From NCBI GenBank assembly GCA_003222085.1, contig QHUK01000010.1, positions 145,801 through 209,800 on the forward strand: a stretch of 64,000 nucleotides of DNA, in the 5' to 3' direction. The notes beneath the pieces are model-generated. The model was not told the DNA's origin, did no database searches, and saw nothing but the letters and a program-made list of their open reading frames with translations. The stretch's first letter is position 1. Every line of letters starts with the position of its first letter. The stretch comes from Gemmatimonadota bacterium (GTDB lineage Bacteria > Gemmatimonadota > Gemmatimonadetes > Gemmatimonadales > GWC2-71-9). The position numbers and the translations under genes are program-made. Shown one piece after another: positions 42,076 through 51,463 of this stretch.

Positions 42076-43706
42076 GCGACCGGGTCCGCACCATAGTTCT
42101 CGAACGCGACGCACGCATATTCCGCGAAGAATCCCTTCAGATCCGTGATGACGGCTGCGTCGTACGGAGGCCGAACGGCGAGCCGGCGCCCGGCCGGCGC
42201 GCGGCGCAGCTGGCCTTCCTCGACGACGAGCGTCCCGGCCTTGATCACGTAGCGCGGCGCCGCGAACATCTTCGCGCGATCGGCGTCGTTCGCATAGATC
42301 GTCACGTCCGCGTCCGCCCCCGGCGCCAGGTGCCCCTTGCCCCGCAACCCCAGGAGGCGAGCCGGGCCCGCCCGCGTGATGATCGCGATTTCGCCGAGCG
42401 TGTATTCGCGCGACAGCCCATCGAGCAGGGCGCTGCCCACGAGCAGCTTCTGGTTCACCCGCTTGAGCCGATCGTCGCGGTACGCCCGGTCCATCAGCAG
42501 GCGGATCAGCTCGGGGTACGAGAGGAAGGTCCCTCCGTTCGGATGGTCGGTCGACAGCACGACGCGCCACGGGTCGTTCGCGAGCAGGAAGAGCTCGAGC
42601 CCCACCGCCCACTGCAGCGCGGCGACGGCCGCCGTCTCCTTGTACGCATACGGCACGATGCCGCAGCCCGATTCGAGCTCGATGTCCACGTTCACCCACT
42701 TCCGGCCGCTGCTCGCATAGAGCAGGTGCTCGACCGGGCCGTCCGCGGTCACGGTCGTCACCGGACCGAACATCACCTGCCCGACGTCCGCGCTCACCTC
42801 GGGGTGGGCGTTCACGTACTCGCTCACCTCGCGTGCCGCCGACGCCCATCCCTTGCCCGGCCCTCCGCCATAGCTGTGGAACTGTAGGTGCGTGAAGTGG
42901 GCGCGCTGTCCCGAAAGGGCCTTCATGCTCTCGAGCGTGGTCGCGGAGTTCCCCGCCTGCCCCAGGTTGTTGCAATGGATGTGCACTGGGTGCGGCAGGC
43001 CGAGCGCGTTGGCGGCGCCGGCGAGCGCCTCCAGAATCTTCCGTGGCGTGACGGCGCTCGAGCCGAGTGCATCGTCCAGACCGCTCACGTTGCGCCGATC
43101 ACCGCCACCCTTCCACACGGCCACGCCCCCCGGGTTCACGATCTTGATGGCGTAGGCCCGCGTAGTGCCCACCAGCCACGCGGCGTAATCGCGGGCCCGG
43201 GCCGCCTCACCCGCAGCGAGCTGGCGCAGCAGGTAATCGTCGTTGCCGAGCAGCACGAAGAACCCGGAGTCGATGATCGGCGTGTCGTCGAGCTCCGCGT
43301 GCGCCTGCCGCGCGGCGATGGGCGCCACCGCCGCTTCCATCGCCGTCGTGTATCCGAGCCCCGCGTACCGGTATCCGGTCGCGAACGTGCTCGGGACGGT
43401 GCCCCCACTGCCGGAGCGCGCGCCCGCGCCATCCTCGAGCCGCGGAGCGGGGACAGGATCGGTCGCATGCTCGTCAGGGAGCAACCGCCGAGCATGGTTC
43501 ACGCTCGACCCGGCAACGTGCGCGTGGATGTCCACGCCCCCGGGCATCACGACCATGCCGCGGGCGTCGAGCCGCGGCGCGCCCGCCGGCAGCTCGGCCA
43601 CGATCCGGTCGCCCTCGATGCACACATCGCGCACCACGCCGTCCTCCGCGTTCGCGGGGTCGTACACCGTGCCGCCGGCGATGCGCAATCGCGTGGGGTT
43701 ACTCAT
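42072..43706 (-). CDS. fhcA: formyltransferase/hydrolase complex subunit A (amidohydrolase; FwdA homologue)
   Basis: ORF 42072..43706. Motifs: MPGGVDIHAHVAG (metal-binding HxH), HIHCNNLG. Confidence 0.88.
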   Translation of the reverse strand: MSNPTRLRIAGGTVYDPANAEDGVVRDVCIEGDRIVAELPAGAPRLDARGMVVMPGGVDIHAHVAGSSVNHARRLLPDEHATDPVPAPRLEDGAGARSGSGGTVPSTFATGYRYAGLGYTTAMEAAVAPIAARQAHAELDDTPIIDSGFFVLLGNDDYLLRQLAAGEAARARDYAAWLVGTTRAYAIKIVNPGGVAVWKGGGDRRNVSGLDDALGSSAVTPRKILEALAGAANALGLPHPVHIHCNNLGQAGNSATTLESMKALSGQRAHFTHLQFHSYGGGPGKGWASAAREVSEYVNAHPEVSADVGQVMFGPVTTVTADGPVEHLLYASSGRKWVNVDIELESGCGIVPYAYKETAAVAALQWAVGLELFLLANDPWRVVLSTDHPNGGTFLSYPELIRLLMDRAYRDDRLKRVNQKLLVGSALLDGLSREYTLGEIAIITRAGPARLLGLRGKGHLAPGADADVTIYANDADRAKMFAAPRYVIKAGTLVVEEGQLRRAPAGRRLAVRPPYDAAVITDLKGFFAEYACVAFENYGADPVA

Positions 43707-44947
43707 GCGCCGAGCCGATCGCGCAGGGCGTGGACCGTGTCGAGCGCGGAGCGCTCCCCCGCGAGCGACGGCCGCAGCGGCAGGGGGACGTCGTCCATTC
43801 GGAACGCGGTGCCTCCCTCATGGATCCCCGCCCGCCCTGTGTCAACGGCGACCGCGGGCCGGAACGTCGCCGCGCTCGCCCGCGGTCCGATGGCGACGCT
43901 CCGCACCCGGGCGAGCGGGGTGGCGACCGGCTCGGGGAGGGTCGCGGGCGAGCCGACAACGAGCGCGGCGTCCACCTCTCCCGCGCCGAGCAGCGCGGCT
44001 GCGTCCGCTTGCGGGCGGTAGCTGGGGTACCCGCGCGCGAAGTCCACGGCGAAGGGGAACCCGGTCTGCCACGTGAGTACGGCATCGGCGCCGGAGCGGT
44101 TGCCGCCTCCCCGGAGCGTGGACAAGGCGCACCGCGTGGGGGAGTTCAAAGCCTGGGCGAGCGTCACGAGGGCCTCCGCCCGGGCCGGGTCGGCCGGAAC
44201 GGGGCCCGGCTCGCTGTCGGCCACGATGACGACATAGCGCGCCTCGGTCATCCGCCGGGCCAGATCGACCGCGGGCTGGAAACGCGCGTCCTTTCCCACG
44301 GCGCGGCCCTGGACGGTCGCGCGCATCATTTCTAGGCTATCCACCTCGTCGGCAGGCGCGAGCGCCACGCGTCCGTCGGCGTCCGCGGGACCGAGGGCTT
44401 CCCCTACGTCCACGGCGATCAGCGTGCGGCTGTTCCGGCCCTGGGGCGCCGCGACCCCGCGCGGCTCGACGGCGTAGCGGGAGCCGTACCGCGGATAGCG
44501 CGTGCTCGGGTCCACCGCCCAGAAAACGACCAGGTCGGCGCGCTGGCGGATTTCACCCAGGGTGGCGCCGGCGCGTCCGCGGCGCTGGGCCGCGAGCACG
44601 GCCGTCGCGGCCGTCGCGGCGAGGCTGTCCAGGGCGGCGTGTAGCCGGTCCGCGATGGCGACTGCTTCGCGTTGCGTTTCGCAGGAGAGGTCGCCGGCGA
44701 GATAGACGAGCGGGTGCGTCGCACCGGTGAGGAGTCCGGCGGCCTCGGTGAGCGCCTGCTCGAGCGAAGCAGAGCGGCCGTTCACGCGCGTCTCCGTAGG
44801 CACGGTCCCGTCCCCGAACCAGGCGGCGCCGAGCGCGCACGCGTTCCGGGCGTCCGCGATGCGGTCCTGCTTTACGACGACGGTGATGTCGTCGCAGGCA
44901 CATCCGCAGCCGAGGCAGGTCGCGTTCGCGACGGTGCGATCGGTCAT
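43703..44947 (-). CDS. fhcB: formyltransferase/hydrolase complex subunit B (FwdB homologue)
   Basis: In-frame ATG 44947 (ATGA overlap) within ORF 43703..46183. N-terminal Cys cluster CLGCGCACDDI and a molybdopterin-oxidoreductase-like fold. Confidence 0.85.
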   Translation of the reverse strand: MTDRTVANATCLGCGCACDDITVVVKQDRIADARNACALGAAWFGDGTVPTETRVNGRSASLEQALTEAAGLLTGATHPLVYLAGDLSCETQREAVAIADRLHAALDSLAATAATAVLAAQRRGRAGATLGEIRQRADLVVFWAVDPSTRYPRYGSRYAVEPRGVAAPQGRNSRTLIAVDVGEALGPADADGRVALAPADEVDSLEMMRATVQGRAVGKDARFQPAVDLARRMTEARYVVIVADSEPGPVPADPARAEALVTLAQALNSPTRCALSTLRGGGNRSGADAVLTWQTGFPFAVDFARGYPSYRPQADAAALLGAGEVDAALVVGSPATLPEPVATPLARVRSVAIGPRASAATFRPAVAVDTGRAGIHEGGTAFRMDDVPLPLRPSLAGERSALDTVHALRDRLGA

Positions 44948-46107
44948 GCGCTGCGCGCCTCGCGGCGCCCGACATCGCGATAGATCCCGGCGGCGCGACG
45001 CGCGAGGGCCGCGAAGCAGGCCGTGGCGTCGCGTCCGCGCGCGAAGATCGTGCAGATCGGCTCGCGCGGCGCGAAGCGAGTCCCGGGCGGCGAGATGTCC
45101 CGCACGTCCGCGTCCAAGACCCAGGGCCGCGTGTCCCCCAGCGCGATGGGGCGCCGGGCGTACACGATCGCTTTGCCGACTGCGTCCGGAGCGCGACGCC
45201 GGGCGGCCGCGAGGTCGAAAGTCGGCAGGCTGTGCCGGCAGGCGCGCACGTGCACGTCGAACATCGATATCCCGTAGGCGCGCTCCACCAGCTCCATCGC
45301 GGCGGTGTAGCGCGGGTTCACCTCGATTGCCCAGGGGAGCCCTCGCCGCGCGACGAAGTCGACTCCGTTCACCCCCACCAGCCCGAACGCCCGCGTGACG
45401 GTCTGGGCGAGCAGCGTCGCCCGGTCGAGCAGGCGTTCGTCCGCCGGGAACTGCGGATCTCCGGCAGCCCCCAGGATGTTGCCACAGTACCGAAACCCGT
45501 CGGCGCCGAAGGCGGTTTCCCCCGCGAGCACGCGCGAGAGGCCGAGCGGCACCGCGCGCCGCCCGTCCGCCACGAACACGATCGAGCCGGTTACGCCGAC
45601 GATGCGCTCTTGGAAGTAGCTCCTCCGTGGCATAGGCGCCCCCCGCCCCGTTCGCCACACGGCCACACCGTCGCCGCCTCCGGAATGGAGGGGCTTCACG
45701 ACCCAGCCGCCGCGCACGCCCGGCGCCGGTCGCGTGAGGCGGACGCGCGGAGCCGGGAGGCCGGCCTTGCCGACCACCCGGGCGAGGCGGCGTGGGTCGC
45801 GCGCCCGGGCCAGGACGGCTGGCGGGTTTCCCCACAGGACGCGCCGGGCGGCGAGGGCGCGCACGGCGCCGGGATGGTTTTCGAAGCCGGCTTCGTACAC
45901 GGCGGCTTCGCAGGACACGTCCCGCACGGCGGCGACTGCGGCGCGTGCCCTGAACCGGCCGCCGACCCGCACGACGTGCACCTCGGTCGCGCAGGCTCGG
46001 AGATCGAGATCTCCGAACCCATCGACCGCGATCACGTCGTATCCCGCTCGCACCGCGGACTCCGCGAAGCCTCGAGTCGAGACGCCGGCGAGGAGCACGC
46101 GCGTCAC
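44944..46107 (-). CDS. ATP-grasp enzyme of the H4MPT/methanofuran island (cofactor tailoring ligase, function unassigned)
   Basis: ORF 44944..46107 (GTG start, GTGA overlap). ATP-grasp pattern (WVVKPLHSGGGDGV, GVNGVDFV, IEVNPRYT). Confidence 0.7.
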   Translation of the reverse strand: MTRVLLAGVSTRGFAESAVRAGYDVIAVDGFGDLDLRACATEVHVVRVGGRFRARAAVAAVRDVSCEAAVYEAGFENHPGAVRALAARRVLWGNPPAVLARARDPRRLARVVGKAGLPAPRVRLTRPAPGVRGGWVVKPLHSGGGDGVAVWRTGRGAPMPRRSYFQERIVGVTGSIVFVADGRRAVPLGLSRVLAGETAFGADGFRYCGNILGAAGDPQFPADERLLDRATLLAQTVTRAFGLVGVNGVDFVARRGLPWAIEVNPRYTAAMELVERAYGISMFDVHVRACRHSLPTFDLAAARRRAPDAVGKAIVYARRPIALGDTRPWVLDADVRDISPPGTRFAPREPICTIFARGRDATACFAALARRAAGIYRDVGRREARSA

Positions 46108-47189
46108 GGCAACCCCAGCCGGCGCCGCGCCTGGTCGCGCGGCACGACATACAAGTGGTCCAGGACGCTGCCCTGCGCCTCACGAATCGCCAGTCGCTCG
46201 ACTAACGGGCCATTCACGCCCCCGGCGAGCCCGTCGGCGACGAGCGCCGCCCCTTGCGCCCCTTCCTTCGCCGTGTGAGCGAATCCCTCGAGCACACGCG
46301 TCGGCGCGAACGCCTCGAGCCGCTGCCGGATTGCGTCCGCCAGCGGCTCGACGTGTGCCAGTCGACCCGACAGCACGAATTCCCCGAGCGACGGGACTGC
46401 GGTCGCGAGCGCCACCGCCGTCTTCACGGCACTCTCGACCAGCGCATCGCCGGCGAGCTGCTCCGCCGGCGTCGTCGGGTGAGCGAGGCGCTCGGGCGAG
46501 GCGATCGTCTCATCCCACCCCGCGACGGCGGCCGCGCCGCCCTGGAACAGCAGCGCTTTGGGCACTTCGCCTGCGAGATACGCGACTTCACCGTCGAGCG
46601 CCCCTGCCGCGCGAAAGCCGAGGGGTCCCGCGGTCCCGCCTACACCGTCCACGATGCGGCCCGCTGCGACGGCGACGGCGGCGGTGAAGGCGCCGCCGAG
46701 TTCGAGCAGCACGAGCGACACGTTGGACAGCGCTCGCCCGAGCCGCCGGGCCTGCTCGGACACCGCGAGCGCGACCACGCACACCTTCTCCGCGGTGCCC
46801 ATGTCCACACGGTTCACCTTGCGGTGCGCGGGCACGGTGGGGAGGTGCACCACGCCGGGCGTGAGCACGACCGGCAGAGCGGAGCGCGCCAGCGCGCGCA
46901 CGAGACCGCGGAGGCCGCCAATGCCGCCGGTCTCCCCCGGGGCCGCCAGAAAGGCAAGGCGCAGATCTTCCTCGGTGGCGGCCTGCACCCGCGTGAGCGG
47001 CAGCCCGTACCCGGACGGGCCGGCGACGAGGTCGAGGGGGCCGGCGGCCTCGAGCTCGGCCACGAACCGGGCCGGTTCGGCCAGTGCCTCGGCGGTGGGC
47101 CAGGAGCGGTCGAGAAACAGGCGGCCGTCGTCGAGCCCGCACAGATCGATGCTCACCGTCCCCGGGTCGATGCCGATGACGCGGGGCAT
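46104..47189 (-). CDS. DUF1464-like ASKHA-fold protein (predicted kinase-like)
   Basis: ORF 46104..47189. VIGIDPGTVSIDLCG phosphate-1 motif, then LELGGAFTAAV. The family call is from memory. Confidence 0.6.
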   Translation of the reverse strand: MPRVIGIDPGTVSIDLCGLDDGRLFLDRSWPTAEALAEPARFVAELEAAGPLDLVAGPSGYGLPLTRVQAATEEDLRLAFLAAPGETGGIGGLRGLVRALARSALPVVLTPGVVHLPTVPAHRKVNRVDMGTAEKVCVVALAVSEQARRLGRALSNVSLVLLELGGAFTAAVAVAAGRIVDGVGGTAGPLGFRAAGALDGEVAYLAGEVPKALLFQGGAAAVAGWDETIASPERLAHPTTPAEQLAGDALVESAVKTAVALATAVPSLGEFVLSGRLAHVEPLADAIRQRLEAFAPTRVLEGFAHTAKEGAQGAALVADGLAGGVNGPLVERLAIREAQGSVLDHLYVVPRDQARRRLGLP

Positions 47190-47193
47190 CGGC

Positions 47194-48066
47194 TCACGGC
47201 TTCGGCGCCATCAACTCCCGCGCGACGTCGGCGATGGTCTCGGCGTCCAGCACGAGGTCGTTGCGCTCGAACAGGCGCGCAATGCACGCCTTGTGCACCT
47301 TCATCTTGAGGTTTCCGATGGCGAGTGCCCCGAAGCACACCACGCCCTGTTTCGTCACCCCGTCGTCCACCACATCGACCCCCTCGATGCCGAGCGGGGG
47401 AACGGCATTTACGTCGGCGACGACCTTGAGGCCCGGGCGGTTCGCCCACGCTTGCTTCGGGACGAGCATCACCCCCGCCGGTCCCGCGTTGAGCAGCAAC
47501 GCCGCGTGCTCGCAGGCCTTGATCGCGTCGCGCGCATCCGGCATGGCGATGGCGCTGACCGTGCCGCCGAAACGCTTCAACACCAGGTCCCGGGCCCGCT
47601 CACCGGCCTCGGCCTTACGCGACGTGATGCACACGTCCGCCCCCGCCTTGGCGAACAGCCCGGCGGCCCGAATTCCGACGGGCCCCGTCCCCGCGACGAT
47701 CAGGACGCGTTTGCCGCGCACATCTCCGGCCGCCTGCACCATCTTCGCCACCGCGGCGACCGCGGTCGTGTTCGACCCGTTCGAGTCGAGCATCGCCGAG
47801 ACCGTGAACGGCTTGAACATCGCTTTGGTCGCCGCGGCGAGCAGCTGCTCGCCCGCCGCGATGTCCGCCCCCCCGACGAAGACGGCGCTGTTCTTCAAGT
47901 CCTTGGGGCCGCGCGTGAAGATGCAGCCGTGGATCAGGTCGCGGACGTCGGCTTCGGTGATACCGCCGTAGCTCATCACCTCGTCGGCGCCGCCGTCGTA
48001 AGCGACCACCCGATCGAACACGCTCGGCAAGCGGGAGCTGTCGAGCTGCAGCAGGAGCCTACGCAT
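47194..48066 (-). CDS. mtdB: NAD(P)-dependent methylenetetrahydromethanopterin dehydrogenase (MtdA/MtdB/MtdC family)
   Basis: ORF 47194..48066. Motifs: FVGGADIAAGEQLL, VLIVAGTGPVGIRAAGLFAKAGADV (Rossmann). The subfamily is not resolvable by eye. Confidence 0.82.
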   Translation of the reverse strand: MRRLLLQLDSSRLPSVFDRVVAYDGGADEVMSYGGITEADVRDLIHGCIFTRGPKDLKNSAVFVGGADIAAGEQLLAAATKAMFKPFTVSAMLDSNGSNTTAVAAVAKMVQAAGDVRGKRVLIVAGTGPVGIRAAGLFAKAGADVCITSRKAEAGERARDLVLKRFGGTVSAIAMPDARDAIKACEHAALLLNAGPAGVMLVPKQAWANRPGLKVVADVNAVPPLGIEGVDVVDDGVTKQGVVCFGALAIGNLKMKVHKACIARLFERNDLVLDAETIADVARELMAPKP

Positions 48067-48111
48067 CAGGGTTCATGCTCCACGATGAGTCGACGCAGGG
48101 CTCGAACAGCA

Positions 48112-48139
48112 GTCGAGGGGCGGCAGCCCGCCCCTCGAC
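48112..48139 (-). terminator. perfect 12-bp stem hairpin after fae (terminator or attenuator before mtdB)
   Basis: GTCGAGGGGCGG cagc CCGCCCCTCGAC, read directly. It lies 28 nt after the fae stop. The downstream minus-strand sequence, UGCUGUUCG, is only moderately U-rich. Confidence 0.6.
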
Positions 48140-48166
48140 GTGGAATTCAGGCGACTGCCGGAGAGC

Positions 48167-48682
48167 TCAGCCCTTGTCCGCGCCGCCGGCGAACGGATGC
48201 GACGCCGTCTTCGCCTGGGAGATTACCTGGTCGATCTTCGGCTGGCCCTTGAGGGCGCGCTCGATCGATTCCTTCACCGCCCGGTAATTGAAGTCGAAGA
48301 TCTTCTTGTCGTTCTTCGCTTCCCAGTGGATGAACACACCCACCAGGATGCAATAGTCGTCCACCTTGTCCCGCGGGATGATGCCCGAGGACACGCTGTC
48401 GACCACCGCACGCGCGACCGCGGCCTGCGCCGGGCCGAACATTTGCACGGCCTGCGTGGCGTTCTTGAGGGTGACCTTGTTGAAGAGCAGGGTGTCGGGT
48501 TTCGCCGGCAGGTTGGGCGTGACGACGGCGAGCAGCTTGGTGAAACCGTCGGTGTTGTTCGACAACGTGCTGACGAAAGCATGCCCCGCGTGGCCCGACT
48601 TCGACCCGATGATCAAATCGATGTGGGCGACCTCATTCCCGTCGCCTACCAGAGACTCGCCAATGAAGAAATCCGCTGCCAT
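48167..48682 (-). CDS. fae: formaldehyde-activating enzyme
   Basis: ORF 48167..48682. GGGAGG RBS. Fae-family similarity along the full length ([28 protein letters not shown]). Confidence 0.92.
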   Translation of the reverse strand: MAADFFIGESLVGDGNEVAHIDLIIGSKSGHAGHAFVSTLSNNTDGFTKLLAVVTPNLPAKPDTLLFNKVTLKNATQAVQMFGPAQAAVARAVVDSVSSGIIPRDKVDDYCILVGVFIHWEAKNDKKIFDFNYRAVKESIERALKGQPKIDQVISQAKTASHPFAGGADKG

Positions 48683-48936
48683 AACTACCTCCCGATCCGG
48701 ATGGGTCCATGAGTTTCACTTGCCGGCCGTCACGAATGCGGCGTTGAGAGCAGCGTGGCCAGAGGGGGTGTGGAGAGCCACGCCGTCCCGCGTCTGCGGG
48801 TAGCTCCTATTGAACCGTATCGATGGGGTGCTAACCTGCCCGCCGCTCCGGCGGGTGTCAAGGCCGCGCGCCGGGGCCGCCGAATCTCCACTTTCGCAGG
48901 CTCCCGCGTCGGGGCATCGTTACGAGGAGCGACACC

Positions 48937-50529
48937 ATGCGCACTCTGATACCCCTGCTCGTTCAACTCCTCCTGCTGCGCGGCGTCCTCGCCGCCCAGA
49001 CGCCCGCGGACCGACGGCTCGACCGGCTCAAGGCCGAGGTTGCACGCGCCATCGACGCCAGGGCGAAGCTCGCCCAGCAGATGGTCGACCAGGTGTTCTC
49101 GTTCGCCGAGCTTGGCATGCAGGAGGTGGAGACTTCGGCGTACCTCACCGGGATCCTCGAGCGCAACGGGTTCGCCCTCGAGCGGGGCGTCGCCGGCATT
49201 CCCACCGCCTGGGTCGCGCGCTGGGGCAGCGGGAAGCCGGTGATCGCCCTGGGGTCGGACATCGACTGTATCCCGCAGGCGAGCCAGAAGCCGGGAGTCG
49301 CGTCTCACGATCCCGTCGTCGAGGGCGCGCCGGGTCATGGCGAGGGGCACAACAGCGGCGTTCCGCTCAACATTCTCGCCGCGCTCGCGGTGAAGGACAT
49401 CATGGCGCGCGAGCGGCTGCCCGGCACCATCGTGCTCTGGCCGGGTGTCGCGGAGGAACAGCTGGCGACCAAGGCGTTCCTGGTGCGCGCCGGGGTGTTC
49501 CGGGACGTGGACGCGAATCTGTTCGCGCACGTGAGCGACGAATACGGTATCTCGTGGGGCGACGAGCCCGCGCTCGCCCTGATCTCGGCGCTCTTCAAGT
49601 TCAGGGGGCAGAGCGCCCACGCCGCCGGCGCGCCGTGGCGCGGTCGGAGCGCGCTGGACGGCGTGATGAGCTTGGCCAACGCGTGGGAGTACCACCGGGA
49701 GCACATGGAGCCGGCGCAGCGCTCGCACTATGTCATCACGGACGGCGGTGACCAGCCCAACGTGGTGCCGAGCACCGCCGCCATCTGGTTCTACTTCCGC
49801 GAGCGGGATTATGAGCGCGTGACGAAGATGTTCGAGGACGCGAAGCAGATCGCGCGCGGCGCCGCCCTGGCCACGTTCACCAGGCTCGATACGGTGCAGG
49901 TCATCGGCTCCGCCTGGCGGCCCCACTTCAACAAGCCCATCGCCGAGGCGTTGCATGCCAACGCGGTGCGCGTGGGCATGCCCGCGTGGGACGATAAGGA
50001 CCAGACGATGGCGCGGGCGGTGCAGCGGATGATGGGCCAGCCCGACAGCGGACTCCACACGTCCGTGCCGCCCCTGCGCTCGCCTGAGGAGGCGGCCAAG
50101 GCGAGCACCGGCACCGGCAGCGACGACATTGGTGACGTGACGTGGACCGTGCCCTCCGTGACGCTCTACTACCCGGCCAACATTCCCGGTACGCCGGGGC
50201 ACAGTTGGGCCGACGGCATCGCGATGGCGACTCCGATCGCGCACAAGGGCGTGCTCGCCGGCGCCAAGGTGCAGGCGATGACGCTGCTCGACCTCATGCT
50301 GCAGCCCAAGCTGGTGAGCGATGCGAAGGACTACTTCGCGAACGTGCAAACGAAAACGACGACGTACCGACCGCTCATGGCCCCGACGGATCAGCCGGCC
50401 ACGTGGCTCAACGCGGACAAGATGGCGAAGTACCGCGAGCAGATGCGGAAGTACTACTACGACCCCTCGAAGTACGAGACTTATCTCAAGCAGCTCGGGA
50501 TCACGTACCCCACGGTCGCTCCGCCGTAG
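48937..50529 (+). CDS. secreted M20-family amidohydrolase (aminobenzoyl-glutamate hydrolase subunit B-like)
   Basis: Signal peptide MRTLIPLLVQLLLLRGVLAAQ. M20/AbgB-like blocks: FAELGMQEVETSAYL, GHGEGHNSG, FKFRGQSAHAAGAPWRGRSALD, SDDIGDV. The subfamily call is tentative. Confidence 0.7.
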   Translation: MRTLIPLLVQLLLLRGVLAAQTPADRRLDRLKAEVARAIDARAKLAQQMVDQVFSFAELGMQEVETSAYLTGILERNGFALERGVAGIPTAWVARWGSGKPVIALGSDIDCIPQASQKPGVASHDPVVEGAPGHGEGHNSGVPLNILAALAVKDIMARERLPGTIVLWPGVAEEQLATKAFLVRAGVFRDVDANLFAHVSDEYGISWGDEPALALISALFKFRGQSAHAAGAPWRGRSALDGVMSLANAWEYHREHMEPAQRSHYVITDGGDQPNVVPSTAAIWFYFRERDYERVTKMFEDAKQIARGAALATFTRLDTVQVIGSAWRPHFNKPIAEALHANAVRVGMPAWDDKDQTMARAVQRMMGQPDSGLHTSVPPLRSPEEAAKASTGTGSDDIGDVTWTVPSVTLYYPANIPGTPGHSWADGIAMATPIAHKGVLAGAKVQAMTLLDLMLQPKLVSDAKDYFANVQTKTTTYRPLMAPTDQPATWLNADKMAKYREQMRKYYYDPSKYETYLKQLGITYPTVAPP

Positions 50530-50565
50530 CGACGCGCCACCCCCGTCCTTGTCCGCCCATTAATC

Positions 50566-50581
50566 TCTGACTAATGTCAGA
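50566..50581. promoter_or_regulatory. palindrome TCTGAC-TAAT-GTCAGA immediately upstream of the MarR-GNAT gene (candidate operator)
   Basis: Read directly. It ends 4 nt before ATG 50585 and sits in a locally AT-rich patch (CATTAATCTCTGACTAATGTCAGATAC). Confidence 0.5.
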
Positions 50582-50584
50582 TAC

Positions 50585-51457
50585 ATGGAGGCGATCGCCC
50601 GGATCCGCAGCTTCAATCGAACGGTGACCCACCAGATCGGCGCCCTCGAGGAACGCTTCCTCGGGCGCGATCGCTCGCTGGGCGCTTCCCGCCTCCTCTT
50701 CGAGATCGGCGCGAACGGTGTGGAGGTTCGGCAGCTTCGGGCTCGCTTGAACTTGGACTCTGGCTACACCAGTCGCCTGCTTCGCGCGCTCGAGGCCGAG
50801 GGCCTGATTCGCACAGGCCGATCGTCCGGCGATGGTCGAGTGCGGTGCGTGACCCTCACCCGGGCGGGCCGAAAGGAACTGGCCGTCTTGAATCGCCGGT
50901 CGGACCAGGCCGCCGCGTCACTATTGAGTCGGCTTCCCGAAGCCCAACGACCTGCTTTCGTCTCCGCCATGGGAGTCGTGGAGCGGTTGCTCCTCGCGAG
51001 TGCGGTCCGCCTCCGCGTGGAGAATCCTCGCGGCCGGGGAGCGCAGTATTGTCTGCAGTGCTACTTCGCCGAGCTCGCCGCGCGCTTCGAGACCGGCTTC
51101 GACCCCGCCCGCAGTATTCCTACGGCGCCGACGCACTTCACGCCTCCGCAGGGGTTTTTCGTCGTGGCCATGCTGAACGGCGAGTCCGTCGGATGCGGTG
51201 CGTTGAGATGCCGTCCGGATTATGGCGAGATCAAGCGCATGTGGGTCGCACCGGCTTCCCGTGGCCTGGGGATCGGGAAACGTATCCTGCAGCGGCTCGA
51301 GACCTTGGCGCGGAAACGGCGCGTGTCGTTGCTCCGGCTCGAGACCAACAAGGCCCTGACCGAGGCGCAAGCCCTCTACCGGAGCAGTGGATACCACGAG
51401 GTGAGGCCCTTTAACGATGAGCCATATGCGCATCATTGGTTCGAGAAGGCGCTGTAG
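50585..51457 (+). CDS. bifunctional MarR-type HTH regulator / GNAT N-acetyltransferase
   Basis: N-terminal winged HTH (LGASRLLFEIG...VRQLRARLNLDSGYTSRLLRALEAEGLI). C-terminal GNAT motif A (MWVAPASRGLGIGKRIL). Confidence 0.85.
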   Translation: MEAIARIRSFNRTVTHQIGALEERFLGRDRSLGASRLLFEIGANGVEVRQLRARLNLDSGYTSRLLRALEAEGLIRTGRSSGDGRVRCVTLTRAGRKELAVLNRRSDQAAASLLSRLPEAQRPAFVSAMGVVERLLLASAVRLRVENPRGRGAQYCLQCYFAELAARFETGFDPARSIPTAPTHFTPPQGFFVVAMLNGESVGCGALRCRPDYGEIKRMWVAPASRGLGIGKRILQRLETLARKRRVSLLRLETNKALTEAQALYRSSGYHEVRPFNDEPYAHHWFEKAL

Positions 51458-51463
51458 TCGGCC

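Noticed and set aside
21500-48900. The xox/H4MPT island as a recently acquired mobile genomic island.
   Set aside because: I found no integrase, transposase, tRNA target or flanking direct repeats, and no visible composition shift at either boundary. Ancient transfer cannot be excluded without phylogenies.
48683-48936. Candidate -35/-10 pairs in the fae / M20 divergent region (for example TTGAAC-16-TAACCT on the plus strand near 48811-48838).
   Set aside because: The matches are weak and several equally poor alternatives exist. I could not support a specific promoter call for fae from the sequence alone.
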